Below, in pieces: positions 1-9,105 of a DNA stretch of 64,000 nt. This stretch comes from an uncultured Bdellovibrio sp. Its GTDB lineage: Bacteria > Bdellovibrionota > Bdellovibrionia > Bdellovibrionales > Bdellovibrionaceae. Numbering within the stretch: the first letter of the stretch is position 1; the number at the start of each line of letters is the position of its first letter. The stretch is taken from assembly GCA_963932905.1 (NCBI GenBank), contig CAWVRN010000022.1, positions 1 through 64,000 of the forward strand, written 5' to 3'. Under the pieces are notes generated by a model. That model did no database searches and was not told the origin of the DNA. It saw nothing but the letters and a program-made list of their open reading frames with translations. The translations under genes were made by a program, and so were the position numbers.

Positions 1-5
1 AATGC

Positions 6-629
6 TTGTGCTTGAATGACTTTTTGAAATTACCCACCATGGGCCGTGTAGAACCCAATTTTTCGAGGAGGAAAATTGGATGTCCAAAGGCGACAACTCG
101 CAACAATGGAACACCTGTTGATTTTATTGAGTTTTTCCAAAAACGGTCAACTCAATTATTAGATATAGTAGGTCCATTGTACCGTCAAGGTCTGTCCATC
201 AGTGACATTGAAGCTCAGACCGGACTGAAACGGCATTCTATTTGGAAGTGCCTTAGAAAACATAGACAGGAACTACGACCACAGAACCCAGTTCCTTTTG
301 AACGGTGGCGTCAAGGTCATGGAAAGATGAGTGCACGGCCACCGTTTGGCTTCTGCTATTTCCAGGGGCAGGTCATCAAAGACCCGAAAGAATACCCGAC
401 ACTTCAATTGATACAAAGTTTATGGAAACAAGGGACGAGCATTGGTTCCATCATGCGCAAGCTCGATGGAAGAGGGATAAAAACTCGTATGAAAAAGCCG
501 TGGAGCTACAATGTCGTCAAATCCATCATCGGACGTCTGCAAGAAGGCACCATGGAACACTTGGCTTCTTCCCACAAACCAAAGAATTCAAAAACCAATT
601 CAACAGAGGTAAAAAATGAATCTCGATAA
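6..629 (+). CDS. HTH + recombinase (RD-type DNA-binding) domain segment without catalytic domain; probably the detached C-terminal part of the ICE integrase (element-encoded part 81-629)
   Basis: HTH-like LYRQGLSISDIEAQTGLKRHSIWKCL, then PPFGF...E...I..LW..G.S...I...L...GI.T.....W....V..I typical of serine recombinase RD; in frame with the integrase across the att core. Confidence 0.75.
   Translation: MCLNDFLKLPTMGRVEPNFSRRKIGCPKATTRNNGTPVDFIEFFQKRSTQLLDIVGPLYRQGLSISDIEAQTGLKRHSIWKCLRKHRQELRPQNPVPFERWRQGHGKMSARPPFGFCYFQGQVIKDPKEYPTLQLIQSLWKQGTSIGSIMRKLDGRGIKTRMKKPWSYNVVKSIIGRLQEGTMEHLASSHKPKNSKTNSTEVKNESR
74..107. other. Left attachment junction (host half-site + element P arm)
   Basis: AATTGGA-TG-TCCAA-aggcga-CAACTCGCAA; the arm is the inverted complement of the arm at 34299-34319. 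Confidence 0.85.
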
Positions 630-789
630 ACTCATCACCATTTCCGTCGGAGTCGTAGTTGCTCTTTCAGTGACTATGAACCTCGACAAGATCCAAACAT
701 TGATCTGGCGTGCCCAAGCCAAACTCATCTATGAGTCTCGCACGGAAACATGGGGAAGCCCTAGATTCTTCCCGCTCAAGCCAAACTAA
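616..789 (+). CDS. 57-aa small membrane protein (not in ORF track)
   Basis: GAGGT SD, ATG at 616, MNLDKLITISVGVVVALSVTMNLDKIQTLIWRAQAKLIYESRTETWGSPRFFPLKPN; one hydrophobic segment. Confidence 0.55.
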   Translation: MNLDKLITISVGVVVALSVTMNLDKIQTLIWRAQAKLIYESRTETWGSPRFFPLKPN

Positions 790-1394
790 CCCTGTTCCGA
801 TTGCTTTTTCTTTGATCGTTTGTAAAATTCGCGCGCCTTCATAATATTTCCGCAGCTCTTCATCGAACACCAGTTTCGGGTATTGTTGCGGCTGCTATCA
901 TAGAAAAGGTGTGAACAGTTTGGGTTTGCGCATTTTTTTAGTCGCGAAAGTTCAGCCTTACTAACAAAACCCAAAAACTGAAGAACAAGTGTCGATACCT
1001 GCACGGACTCTTTTCTAGTTGATTTCCAAGTGTTCCCAATCTTTCCAGTATTTAATACAAAAACCTCAGGAGAAAAACTGAGCTTTGATAAAAAATCGTT
1101 GATCTGAAGAATTGCCGAATTGGAAATTGATTTCGTAATTAATGATTCAAAAAACTCTCGAAAAATCTGTCTGATTTCTATGGTTTCTTTGAAATCACGC
1201 GGCGTCGGGGTGCACGAAACCCGAAACGCTTCTTTAAAAAAAAGACGCGCATGATCGGGCTGCGATAGCCGGTCTTCGGTCGAGTTCGCATGTATCGCTT
1301 TGGTATTTACAAAATCTAAAACAGGATGCCCTCCAAGTTTGAGAAATTTCTCGGAATCTGTATCTAATTGATTTAAATCAGGTTTTTTTGGCAT
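786..1394 (-). CDS. ABATE/CGNR zinc-finger domain regulator (DUF1470 family)
   Basis: N-terminal GGHPVLDFVNT and C-terminal C-ANPNC..LFYDSSRNNTRNWCSMKSCGN; start at ATG 1394 after AAGGA preferred over 1418. Confidence 0.9.
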   Translation of the reverse strand: MPKKPDLNQLDTDSEKFLKLGGHPVLDFVNTKAIHANSTEDRLSQPDHARLFFKEAFRVSCTPTPRDFKETIEIRQIFREFFESLITKSISNSAILQINDFLSKLSFSPEVFVLNTGKIGNTWKSTRKESVQVSTLVLQFLGFVSKAELSRLKKCANPNCSHLFYDSSRNNTRNWCSMKSCGNIMKAREFYKRSKKKQSEQG

Positions 1395-1411
1395 TTGAAA
1401 CAATTCCTTTA

Positions 1412-1484
1412 TAACCATTAATTATACATTGACTGGTTAAGAAAGACAATATAACCTTCTATATATGCTTAGGAGGTTATATTG
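1412..1484. promoter_or_regulatory. Two tandem TAACC-N18-GGTTA palindromic operators between the CGNR gene and the grx operon
   Basis: Boxes at 1412-1439 and 1452-1479, exactly 40 bp apart; second extends to a perfect 11-bp inverted repeat CAATATAACCT/AGGTTATATTG covering the grx SD and start. Confidence 0.7.
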
Positions 1485-1751
1485 AAAAATCAATCAGCCT
1501 TTCAAATTTATTCCCTTTCACACTGCCCGTATTGCTTGCGAGCAAAACAACTATTGAACCAGGAAGGGTTGCAATTTCACGAGACCGTAATAGCCGATGA
1601 CGACATAAATGGTCGTAGCGAGCTTTTTAATAGAACCGGTATGAAGACTTTTCCGCAGATCTTTTTTAAGGATGAAGTGATCGGTGGATTTTCCGACCTG
1701 AAAAATATTTTTGATCAAAATGGATTCGAGCAATTTCGCAAGAACCAATAA
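1482..1751 (+). CDS. grxC: Glutaredoxin
   Basis: CPYC active site, TFPQIF, IGGFSDL. Confidence 0.9.
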   Translation: MKNQSAFQIYSLSHCPYCLRAKQLLNQEGLQFHETVIADDDINGRSELFNRTGMKTFPQIFFKDEVIGGFSDLKNIFDQNGFEQFRKNQ

Positions 1752-1766
1752 TTAAGGAGAACGCAT

Positions 1767-2213
1767 ATGAAAACTATCTTGATGATTGCAATTATGGCCC
1801 TTTCGCTGATATCAGGTTTTGCACAAGCGGCTGATGAAAACGCACTTCCGGCACTGTCTGGCTATGATCCCGTAAGTTATTTTGCACAAAAAGAACCGAC
1901 GCGCGGAAGCGGAATGCACGCCCATCGACACAAAGGACAGGATTACCTTTTTACTTCAGCCGAAAACTTAGCAGAATTTAAGAAAAATCCGGAAAAATAT
2001 ATGCCGCAATTTGGAGGTTACTGTGCTTTCGGTGCAGCCATGGGAAAAAAATTCCACGCCGATCCTACAGTTTTTTCAGTTGTTGGCGACAAGTTATATC
2101 TTAATTTGAATAAAGATATTCAAATGAAGTGGAACGAAAAACAAGCGCAGATGATTAAAGATGCCGATATGAACTGGAAAAGCATTAAATCCAAAGCTTC
2201 AGACAAACTTTAG
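1767..2213 (+). CDS. Secreted YHS-domain protein
   Basis: Signal peptide; GYDPVSYF, F.S.EN...F...PEKY.PQFGGYCA motifs. Confidence 0.9.
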   Translation: MKTILMIAIMALSLISGFAQAADENALPALSGYDPVSYFAQKEPTRGSGMHAHRHKGQDYLFTSAENLAEFKKNPEKYMPQFGGYCAFGAAMGKKFHADPTVFSVVGDKLYLNLNKDIQMKWNEKQAQMIKDADMNWKSIKSKASDKL

Positions 2214-2221
2214 GAGATGAC

Positions 2222-2815
2222 GTGAAATTTTTTTTAATGACCTTAATGTGTATGATGCCTAGTCTGGCTTTCAGCAAGAGTGATAGCGCAACATACAATT
2301 TAGACAAAAGTCATACGCAGCTGACCTTCGAGGTAGACCATCTTGTGATCAGTACGGTTGTAGGACGGTTTGACGACTTTGAGGGAGAAATTCAGATTGA
2401 TCCAAAGGCGAAAAGTCTAATATCGATAATGGGTAAAGCCAAGGCGAATTCAATCAACACAAATGATGAAAAACGAGATAAACATTTGCGGTCTGCTGAT
2501 TTTTTCGAAGTTGAAAAATATCCTGAACTCACTTTCGAGGCGATCAATCTTAAGCTGAAAGTTGGTAAAAAAGCTAAGGCCAAAGGAAAACTAAAAATTC
2601 GAGATGTGACAAAAGAAATTACGTTCGATCTTCATTACAAGGGCCAAGTCACGGATCCTTGGGGAACCGAAAAAATTGTCGTCGAGGCAACTGCGACAAT
2701 CAAACGTAAAGACTTTGGACTAAAATGGAATGAGGCTTTAGAAACAGGCGGCGTTCTTGTTGGAGAAAAGGTCGAAATTAAAATTAACGCTCAGGCAAAT
2801 CTAAAAACGCAATAA
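2222..2815 (+). CDS. yceI: YceI family lipid/polyisoprenoid-binding protein
   Basis: Signal peptide; D.SHT...F.V.HL..S.V.G.F, SI.T....RD.HL.S.DFF, R.DFG. Confidence 0.92.
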   Translation: MKFFLMTLMCMMPSLAFSKSDSATYNLDKSHTQLTFEVDHLVISTVVGRFDDFEGEIQIDPKAKSLISIMGKAKANSINTNDEKRDKHLRSADFFEVEKYPELTFEAINLKLKVGKKAKAKGKLKIRDVTKEITFDLHYKGQVTDPWGTEKIVVEATATIKRKDFGLKWNEALETGGVLVGEKVEIKINAQANLKTQ

Positions 2816-2825
2816 GGAGATCAAA

Positions 2826-3134
2826 GTGAAAAAATCAAACCTTTTGGCATCAGCTGTGATGTTAGCAGCTATACAAATCACAACCACAGAAGCTTTAGCC
2901 GGCAAAGAAATGGATCCGGTTGGAAAATGTTACGGAGTTGTTGGCAAAGGACAAGGTGAATGCGGCGGTAAAAATCCGGCCAACGGCGAATCTTGGAGCT
3001 GCGCTGGCAATAACCCAACTGCTGACCTGGGTTGGAAAAAAATGAAAAAATCTGAATGTGTAAAGCTTGAAAAGCACATGGATGCTAGCGAAAAAAAATT
3101 CGAGATCAAAAAAGGCAAATTAGAAAAAATTTAG
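2826..3134 (+). CDS. DUF2282 (bufferin BufA1-like) secreted precursor peptide
   Basis: Signal peptide plus four Cys in KCYGV...GEC...SCAG...W....C pattern; directly upstream of a DUF692 gene. Confidence 0.75.
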   Translation: MKKSNLLASAVMLAAIQITTTEALAGKEMDPVGKCYGVVGKGQGECGGKNPANGESWSCAGNNPTADLGWKKMKKSECVKLEKHMDASEKKFEIKKGKLEKI

Positions 3135-3137
3135 CTT

Positions 3138-3968
3138 ATGAATCCAAAAAACAGTGGGCTCTCTTTGCGAGAGACCCACTTCAATCAATTTGAATCCGCA
3201 CCTGCGTTTAACTTGGCTTTTGAAGTTATCTTTGAAAATTACCTTTTCACTAAAGGCGAACGTCGAGAAAAGCTGCAAGATTTTTCAAGAAGTCGATTTC
3301 TGCATTTGCACGGCGTGACTTCAAATGTTGGTAGTCCTGATGTGCTTGATGAAACCTTTTTTTCACAACTTAGAGAGCTTGGAAAAAAGACCAAGGCAAG
3401 TTTGTATTCCGATCATCTTTGCTGGACAAGGCTAAATCAACAATCGACTTTTGAACTATTACCAATACCCCGCACACAAAATATGATCCAACATGTCGGC
3501 GAAAGAGTATCAAAAATTCGTGATCTTTTGGGTTGTGATTTTTTACTTGAAAATATTTCTTCTTATTTTTCCTATGAAATTGATGAGTTATCTGAACTAG
3601 AATTTATGTGTGAACTTCATGACCGCTACCAGATTTGTTTTTTATTAGATCTAAACAACCTTTATGTGAATTCAAAAAATTTTGGTTTCGATGCCAACCA
3701 GTTCCTTCAACAAATTCCGGTAGCGGCTATTTCAGCATTCCACCTTGGAGGACACGAAGATTTTGGAAGTTTCTTGTTTGACACTCATGGTGCGCCGGTA
3801 ACTGATTCAGTGAAAGCTTTGTTTTTAAAAGCTGAAAAACGATTTGGCGAAAAACCTACATTCTTAGAGCGCGATGAAAATATCCCACAAGAAATCGATG
3901 TTTTAGCATTAGAACTAACCGATTTGACATCCGCGGATGAAGATGCTGTCACTGGGGTAAATCAATGA
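3138..3968 (+). CDS. DUF692 multinuclear non-heme iron oxidative enzyme (MNIO)
   Basis: EN, LHGV, SDHLCW, LLPIP, LENIS, LLDLNNLYVN, HLGGH, DTHG, LERD motifs. Confidence 0.93.
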   Translation: MNPKNSGLSLRETHFNQFESAPAFNLAFEVIFENYLFTKGERREKLQDFSRSRFLHLHGVTSNVGSPDVLDETFFSQLRELGKKTKASLYSDHLCWTRLNQQSTFELLPIPRTQNMIQHVGERVSKIRDLLGCDFLLENISSYFSYEIDELSELEFMCELHDRYQICFLLDLNNLYVNSKNFGFDANQFLQQIPVAAISAFHLGGHEDFGSFLFDTHGAPVTDSVKALFLKAEKRFGEKPTFLERDENIPQEIDVLALELTDLTSADEDAVTGVNQ

Positions 3969-4621
3969 ATCGCGAACTTTTGGCCATGCAATTAGTTCAA
4001 GACAAACTTTTTAACACTTCACGAGACTCTGTGATGTTGAGCGGAGCTTCACAAGACGAACTTCTAAAACGCTTTGAAATTTTAAATTACGGATTTCATG
4101 CCAGGACACGCACGGCCTTAGCTACTTGGAGCAAGCAGCTAATCGAAGCCATTGGCGAACAAGAATGGAATCAACTGGGTTTAGAGTTCATAGAACAGCA
4201 TGCAGTCTATGAGCCGCAAATTGGGCGCTTGGCCCTGCTTTTTTTTCAGTGGCTTAAGTCAAAGTCGTTATCTAAGGTAGCGTTTCTGGCCTGCGAGCGC
4301 GACGAGTCCTTTTATTTAAGTCAAAATAATTTTTTTAGCGAATCTAAGCTGTTAGAAAATCCACAGTTGCTGCTTCAAGTTCCTATATGCTTGCAGGAAT
4401 CGACGATACTCATCGAATCGCAGAGCCTAGTTGTTTCAAGAGACCGTCAGCAGTTTTACACGCAAAAACTAGCACAGCTGGAAATTCAAGTTCTTAAAAA
4501 GCTTAATAACCAGTACGTTCTATTGGATTCGCTGTTAGACGATTGTTTCGAACAGGACAAACTAGTCGAGTTTCTAGTCGTTGGCATACAAAAAAAATGG
4601 TTTCAAAAGGAGTTTTCATGA
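3965..4621 (+). CDS. DUF2063-like MNIO partner protein (divergent)
   Basis: Position after DUF692 with ATGA overlap; weak RF.IL..G...R...AL...IG...W..L...F motif. Confidence 0.55.
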   Translation: MNRELLAMQLVQDKLFNTSRDSVMLSGASQDELLKRFEILNYGFHARTRTALATWSKQLIEAIGEQEWNQLGLEFIEQHAVYEPQIGRLALLFFQWLKSKSLSKVAFLACERDESFYLSQNNFFSESKLLENPQLLLQVPICLQESTILIESQSLVVSRDRQQFYTQKLAQLEIQVLKKLNNQYVLLDSLLDDCFEQDKLVEFLVVGIQKKWFQKEFS

Positions 4622-5472
4622 AATTTACGGCGTCTATTTTAATAGTGTTTTGTACTAAGGTAGCATTAGCTTTAGTTTCTGGCCCGGATTCGACTGTGAT
4701 CAAGGGCGAGCAGGTTTTGTCGCTTGGATTTAATAACGAGTCCGGCCTAGCTAAACCACTAGAGACTTCAAATTCATGGATCAGTTCAAAAATTGAAACC
4801 AAAAAACTAACTTATGCTTTGGGGCTCGGAGACTTCGAAGGCTACGGTGCTGAACATATTCTGGGGGTCACTGTTGGCCTAGAAAATTCTGCAGCAGAAG
4901 AAAAAAACGGATCAGTTTTTTATGAAAAAATGGAATCTAAATCAATCGGACTGCAGTATTCAGCAAAACCAATTTCGGAAACAGATTTTTCTTTAACGGT
5001 TTATTCGTCAGTTTTGCTCTTTTTTGAAGGCAAAAAAGAAAAATTTGTCCAAGGTCGAAATGATCAGGTACAGCTTGGCCTGCGATCGAGTTCACGAATG
5101 GCCGAACGTGGAATTTTCGAATCGTGGCTTCATTATGGTTCTGGTTTTTCAGGAAAGCAAAACAGCTATTTAGCAAATTCCTTTTCTTTCGGATATCGTT
5201 TCGGACAGCCAGGACAGATTGAGCCCAGTTTCCGCTTTGGTCCATACATTGAGTTCGATTTAGAATCTCGCAGGGACGCTAACTACGAGGCGGCCTTTGG
5301 CACGGGCCACCCGTCTGAATCTATTCGACAAATTAAAATTGCCGATGCTCTTTACTTTGATATCGCTTTTTACAGAAAATATTTGTTGTCGGTCGTCTCA
5401 TTAAGAAAAAGAGCTGGCGAGGATCTTCGTTCAACGGAAGCTTTCTCGATCCAACTTGCTGCAAAATTTTAA
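4618..5472 (+). CDS. Exported protein, probable outer-membrane beta-barrel
   Basis: Signal peptide from ATG 4618 (ATGA overlap), alternating aromatic/polar strands, C-terminal Phe. Confidence 0.55.
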   Translation: MKFTASILIVFCTKVALALVSGPDSTVIKGEQVLSLGFNNESGLAKPLETSNSWISSKIETKKLTYALGLGDFEGYGAEHILGVTVGLENSAAEEKNGSVFYEKMESKSIGLQYSAKPISETDFSLTVYSSVLLFFEGKKEKFVQGRNDQVQLGLRSSSRMAERGIFESWLHYGSGFSGKQNSYLANSFSFGYRFGQPGQIEPSFRFGPYIEFDLESRRDANYEAAFGTGHPSESIRQIKIADALYFDIAFYRKYLLSVVSLRKRAGEDLRSTEAFSIQLAAKF

Positions 5473-5606
5473 TATTTCGTTTCTAAAAAACATACCTGCG
5501 CTAAGGTTGATCTAATTCAGTTGCTTTAAGTCATTGACGACACGAGTCTATTGGCTTTTGGATGACGACAGAACTCAAGCCAGATAGGATTCAGACAAAT
5601 TTAAAA

Positions 5607-5663
5607 GGGTTTTGCCTTCAGTCTTGAAGGACAAAAGTTAGTCAAATGGTAGGGGCGCCATTT
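5607..5663 (+). ncRNA. Candidate nhaA-I (Li+) riboswitch-like leader
   Basis: GGG + hairpin TTTGCCTTCA/TGAAGGACAAA, then hairpin AAATGG-TAGGGGCG-CCATTT just upstream of nhaA; resembles the GG-UCGGGCCG-CC loop of nhaA-I from memory. Confidence 0.35.
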
Positions 5664-5682
5664 AATTAAAAATGGTGACGAA

Positions 5683-6894
5683 ATGTCAAAATTTAAATTG
5701 AATCCTAACACTTTGCTTCCCAAAAACATCAAAAGTTTTCTACAAAGGTTCTTTGCCGCAGAATCAGCTTCTGGAATTATTTTGGCTGTATGTACAGTTC
5801 TTGCGTTGACCATCGCCAACAGTCAATTCTTAGATTTATATAGCCAATTTCTTAAATTTAAATTGCTGGGACTGACAATCCATCACTGGATTAATGACGG
5901 GTTAATGGCGGTTTTCTTTTTTGTTGTGGGTATGGAGATAAAAAAAGAGATTGTGGTGGGAGAGCTTAGTACGTTAAAAAAGGCCGCCCTGCCAATTTCT
6001 GCAGCCCTGGGCGGAATGATCGTTCCGGCTTTAATCTATTCGTTTTTTAACAGCGGGTCTGATGCTGCTAATGGCTGGGCGGTTCCAATGGCTACGGACA
6101 TTGCATTCGCACTAGGGGTGCTGATGCTGTTTGGATCACGCGTTCCTTTATCACTTAAAATTTTTTTACTGGCGCTGGCCATCGTCGATGATTTGGGTGC
6201 GGTCATGGTCATAGCATTTTTCTATACTGAGGAAGTTCGCGCTATCGGACTTGCGGTGCTGGTGACGGCTTTAGGGATCATATTTTTAGCAAAGCGTTTT
6301 GGATATAGGTCTTATTTTATCTATCTAATTCTTGGCACAATTGCCTGGGGCGGAACACTGTATTCAGGAGTTCATGCTACTGTGGCAGGAGTTCTTCTTG
6401 GTTTGATGACTCCGTATTTAATTTCCTCTAATAAGGCACAATCTCAAAAAACATTTTCGCCGCTAGATGATTTGATACACAAACTGCATCCGTGGGTAAG
6501 TTTCGGTATCATGCCCGTTTTCGCTTTTGCAAATGCAGGTTTATCACTCCAAGGTGTGGATTTTTCTAAAATAGCGTCTAGCCCTGTTTTTTCTGGAATC
6601 TGGCTGGGACTTTTTTTAGGAAAGCCAATTGGCATCGTACTTTTTTCTTTTATAGCAACAGTTATCGGAATCGCTGTGTTACCTGACGGAATGGGATGGA
6701 GACACATAGTCGGCGTTTCAATGCTTGCCGGTATTGGATTCACAATGGCTCTTTTTATTTCAAGCCTTTCATTAGGCTCACATTATGCGGTCTATGCTAA
6801 AACTGGAATCTTGGCAGGATCAATCGTTTCAGGCGTTTTTGGATTTATCTGGCTAAAATTTGCAATTAGAAAAAAATCCGTCGGAAAACCTTGA
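5683..6894 (+). CDS. nhaA: Na+/H+ antiporter NhaA
   Basis: WINDGLMAVFF, ATDIAFA, LAIVDD, GVHAT, GIGFTM motifs. Confidence 0.97.
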   Translation: MSKFKLNPNTLLPKNIKSFLQRFFAAESASGIILAVCTVLALTIANSQFLDLYSQFLKFKLLGLTIHHWINDGLMAVFFFVVGMEIKKEIVVGELSTLKKAALPISAALGGMIVPALIYSFFNSGSDAANGWAVPMATDIAFALGVLMLFGSRVPLSLKIFLLALAIVDDLGAVMVIAFFYTEEVRAIGLAVLVTALGIIFLAKRFGYRSYFIYLILGTIAWGGTLYSGVHATVAGVLLGLMTPYLISSNKAQSQKTFSPLDDLIHKLHPWVSFGIMPVFAFANAGLSLQGVDFSKIASSPVFSGIWLGLFLGKPIGIVLFSFIATVIGIAVLPDGMGWRHIVGVSMLAGIGFTMALFISSLSLGSHYAVYAKTGILAGSIVSGVFGFIWLKFAIRKKSVGKP

Positions 6895-6927
6895 TACTAT
6901 TCTGTTCTTCGATGTAAAAAACATTCG

Positions 6928-7077
6928 CTATTTTAATTTATCATCAAGAGGCATAGTGTTTTTTATATCTTTTTTTCCAAAGTTATTTTCCCAAAAAATA
7001 ATACTAACAATCAAGATTATCGTGGGAATAAGAAAGTAAATGATATCAACAAGTTTAGACGTAACGGCTGGTGACAT
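6928..7077 (-). CDS. Possible 49-aa small membrane protein
   Basis: G-rich SD then MSPAVTSKLVDIIYFLIPTIILIVSIIFWENN...; single hydrophobic helix. Confidence 0.3.
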   Translation of the reverse strand: MSPAVTSKLVDIIYFLIPTIILIVSIIFWENNFGKKDIKNTMPLDDKLK

Positions 7078-7395
7078 AGGCCCCCAAGTTCAAAGTGGCG
7101 ACCCTACCACTTAATTACTTTCATTCACAGAATGCGAACGAAACCCCTTTATTCGACTTAGCTTAATTATAACTGCAGTCCTTAAGAAAGTCTTTGATTG
7201 TTCTAGCTTAAATACGATGATTCCTTCACATACGAACACAATGTCACTGGCAGAAAAAAAGTTAACATCGAAAGACCAAGGTATTGTCTGGTCTAGGATA
7301 GAATCAAGATTATTCATCCACCCCACTTTAAAATGAAGTCCAACTTATTTTAAAATCGAAGCTTCATTTTTTAATAAATTGCATTGCGCTTAGGT

Positions 7396-8145
7396 TCAAT
7401 CAAGTGCCAGAAATAAGAATTCAGACTTCTCATAAAAAGCATTATAGCTTTTCAATACCTCATGTTGGCTTTCGAAATTTGCTAAGACAGATTGTTTTTC
7501 CTCTAAATTAACGGCAACTTCAAAACCGCTGTACGTCTTAAAATTGAACAATATCGAGAGCATCGCTTTAACGAATAATGTAGTCTTGTTCTCGTCTTCG
7601 CTTAAAAGGAAATAACCTTTCAGAAGCAGATACAAAACATACCTCTTTTTTCTAATACTCAAATAATAACTTCTTTTTTTAGTTGATTTTTCCAGTAGCT
7701 TTTGCTCGCTAAAAAATCCAAACTGTATCGAGTGAAAACCACAAAATTCTTTGGTCATCCAATAAAGTTGAAGGTGGTGGGGATGTGGTTTTTCACCTCC
7801 ATGTGGCGGGTGCGTGATGGCCAAGTCAATTTTATACTTTGAAAAAACTTTTATAAAGGCTTGCCTAAGATCACTCTGCCTCAATAGGCGATCAATTCCA
7901 GTATCCTCGCAATGGCCAAAAACGACCTTTAGTCCTAAATCATCCACAACTTTGGTTAGCTCTTTCCCTCTTTTGGATACTGCTGCATGCGTTAAACAAA
8001 AAATCAATATTTCATTTGCAGTCTTTAGCTGTTGAATGGACTGAAAAAACCAAAGTGTTTCGTCATCTGGATGCGCGACAATAAGCAATATTCTTTTGTT
8101 TTTAATTTCACTGAGACGCCGCATAACAATCAGTTCATATTGCAC
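7396..8145 (-). CDS. PIG-L/LmbE family deacetylase
   Basis: AHPDDE and HPHH metal motifs; true start may be ATG 8124. Confidence 0.85.
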   Translation of the reverse strand: MQYELIVMRRLSEIKNKRILLIVAHPDDETLWFFQSIQQLKTANEILIFCLTHAAVSKRGKELTKVVDDLGLKVVFGHCEDTGIDRLLRQSDLRQAFIKVFSKYKIDLAITHPPHGGEKPHPHHLQLYWMTKEFCGFHSIQFGFFSEQKLLEKSTKKRSYYLSIRKKRYVLYLLLKGYFLLSEDENKTTLFVKAMLSILFNFKTYSGFEVAVNLEEKQSVLANFESQHEVLKSYNAFYEKSEFLFLALD

Positions 8146-8193
8146 AATTTTGAAGTATAAGTAAAACTAATATTATAACACGTGACATAGGTA

Positions 8194-9105
8194 TTGCTAA
8201 TGATAAACATGAATCATCTAAGAGCTTTTTATATTTGCGCACTTCAAAAGAATATAACGAAGACAGCTGAAGTATTGCGCGTGAGTCAGCCCTCCATTAG
8301 TCAACAGCTGAAATTGTTTGAACAAGAGTTGGGGTTTCCTGTATTTTTTAGAAATGGTCGAACATTAGACCTTACCTCAGAAGGGAAGCTTCTATTTCAG
8401 AAGTCTAAAAGTGTTTTTGAATCTATAATCGGAGTTGAGGATTTTTTAGAATGCAAGACTGGTTTCTCAGGGAAAATTTCACTTCTTGCAAGTGACGATA
8501 TAGAGCGCCCTTTTCTGGCAAAAATTTCGAATGAGCTAATGAAAAGTGCATCTTTTTATCGTGCTGCATTCTCTGTCAATTCGATCGCTGGTCTTGCAAA
8601 ATCTAATTTGCACAAGACAAAGTCGGATGAATTCTATCTTTCAAATGGAAAAATGAAATCTCTTGAACTTGTTCACGAATTTTCTTTTCCTGTGAAGTTG
8701 ATTTCAACTGTTCAGAATATCGAAATGGGTCAAGTCAAAACAAGTAACTTGAGGTCATTGCTGTCTAGGCTAGGACAGAGGCTACTTGTTCCGAGCAAGG
8801 GTCATGCACTAAGAACTGAATTGGAAGATCATGTGGATATCTCTGAGCTGAAAGAGCATATTCTATTGGAGAGTAATGTCATGACATGTTTAACTCATTC
8901 TGTGCGTGAGGGATTGGGGTGCAGTCTTTTACCCATTCAGTATGTCTATGATGATGTTAAAAAAAATAATCTTTCTGTCTTCGGACCACCCAATGGTTTT
9001 TGGGAGCATCGACTATTCTTGTACTCTTCTAAGAACCAAAGTCATAATGTTGCAAAAGAGTTGGTTCGCATTATTCAAAAATTCTCGATCGAAAAGGGAG
9101 GCTAA
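8194..9105 (+). CDS. LysR family regulator (NhaR-like)
   Basis: N-terminal HTH NHL..FY......ITKTAE.L.VSQPSISQQLK..E..LG; start probably ATG 8200 or 8209. Confidence 0.9.
   Translation: MLMINMNHLRAFYICALQKNITKTAEVLRVSQPSISQQLKLFEQELGFPVFFRNGRTLDLTSEGKLLFQKSKSVFESIIGVEDFLECKTGFSGKISLLASDDIERPFLAKISNELMKSASFYRAAFSVNSIAGLAKSNLHKTKSDEFYLSNGKMKSLELVHEFSFPVKLISTVQNIEMGQVKTSNLRSLLSRLGQRLLVPSKGHALRTELEDHVDISELKEHILLESNVMTCLTHSVREGLGCSLLPIQYVYDDVKKNNLSVFGPPNGFWEHRLFLYSSKNQSHNVAKELVRIIQKFSIEKGG

Noticed and set aside
65..121. Strong SD GAGGAGG followed by ATG at 80 across the left junction
   Set aside because: Out of frame with the recombinase segment; gives only a 13-aa peptide, and the SD is host tRNA-trailer sequence
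7111..7326. 71-aa minus-strand ORF
   Set aside because: No clear start signal or family motif; cannot support a call
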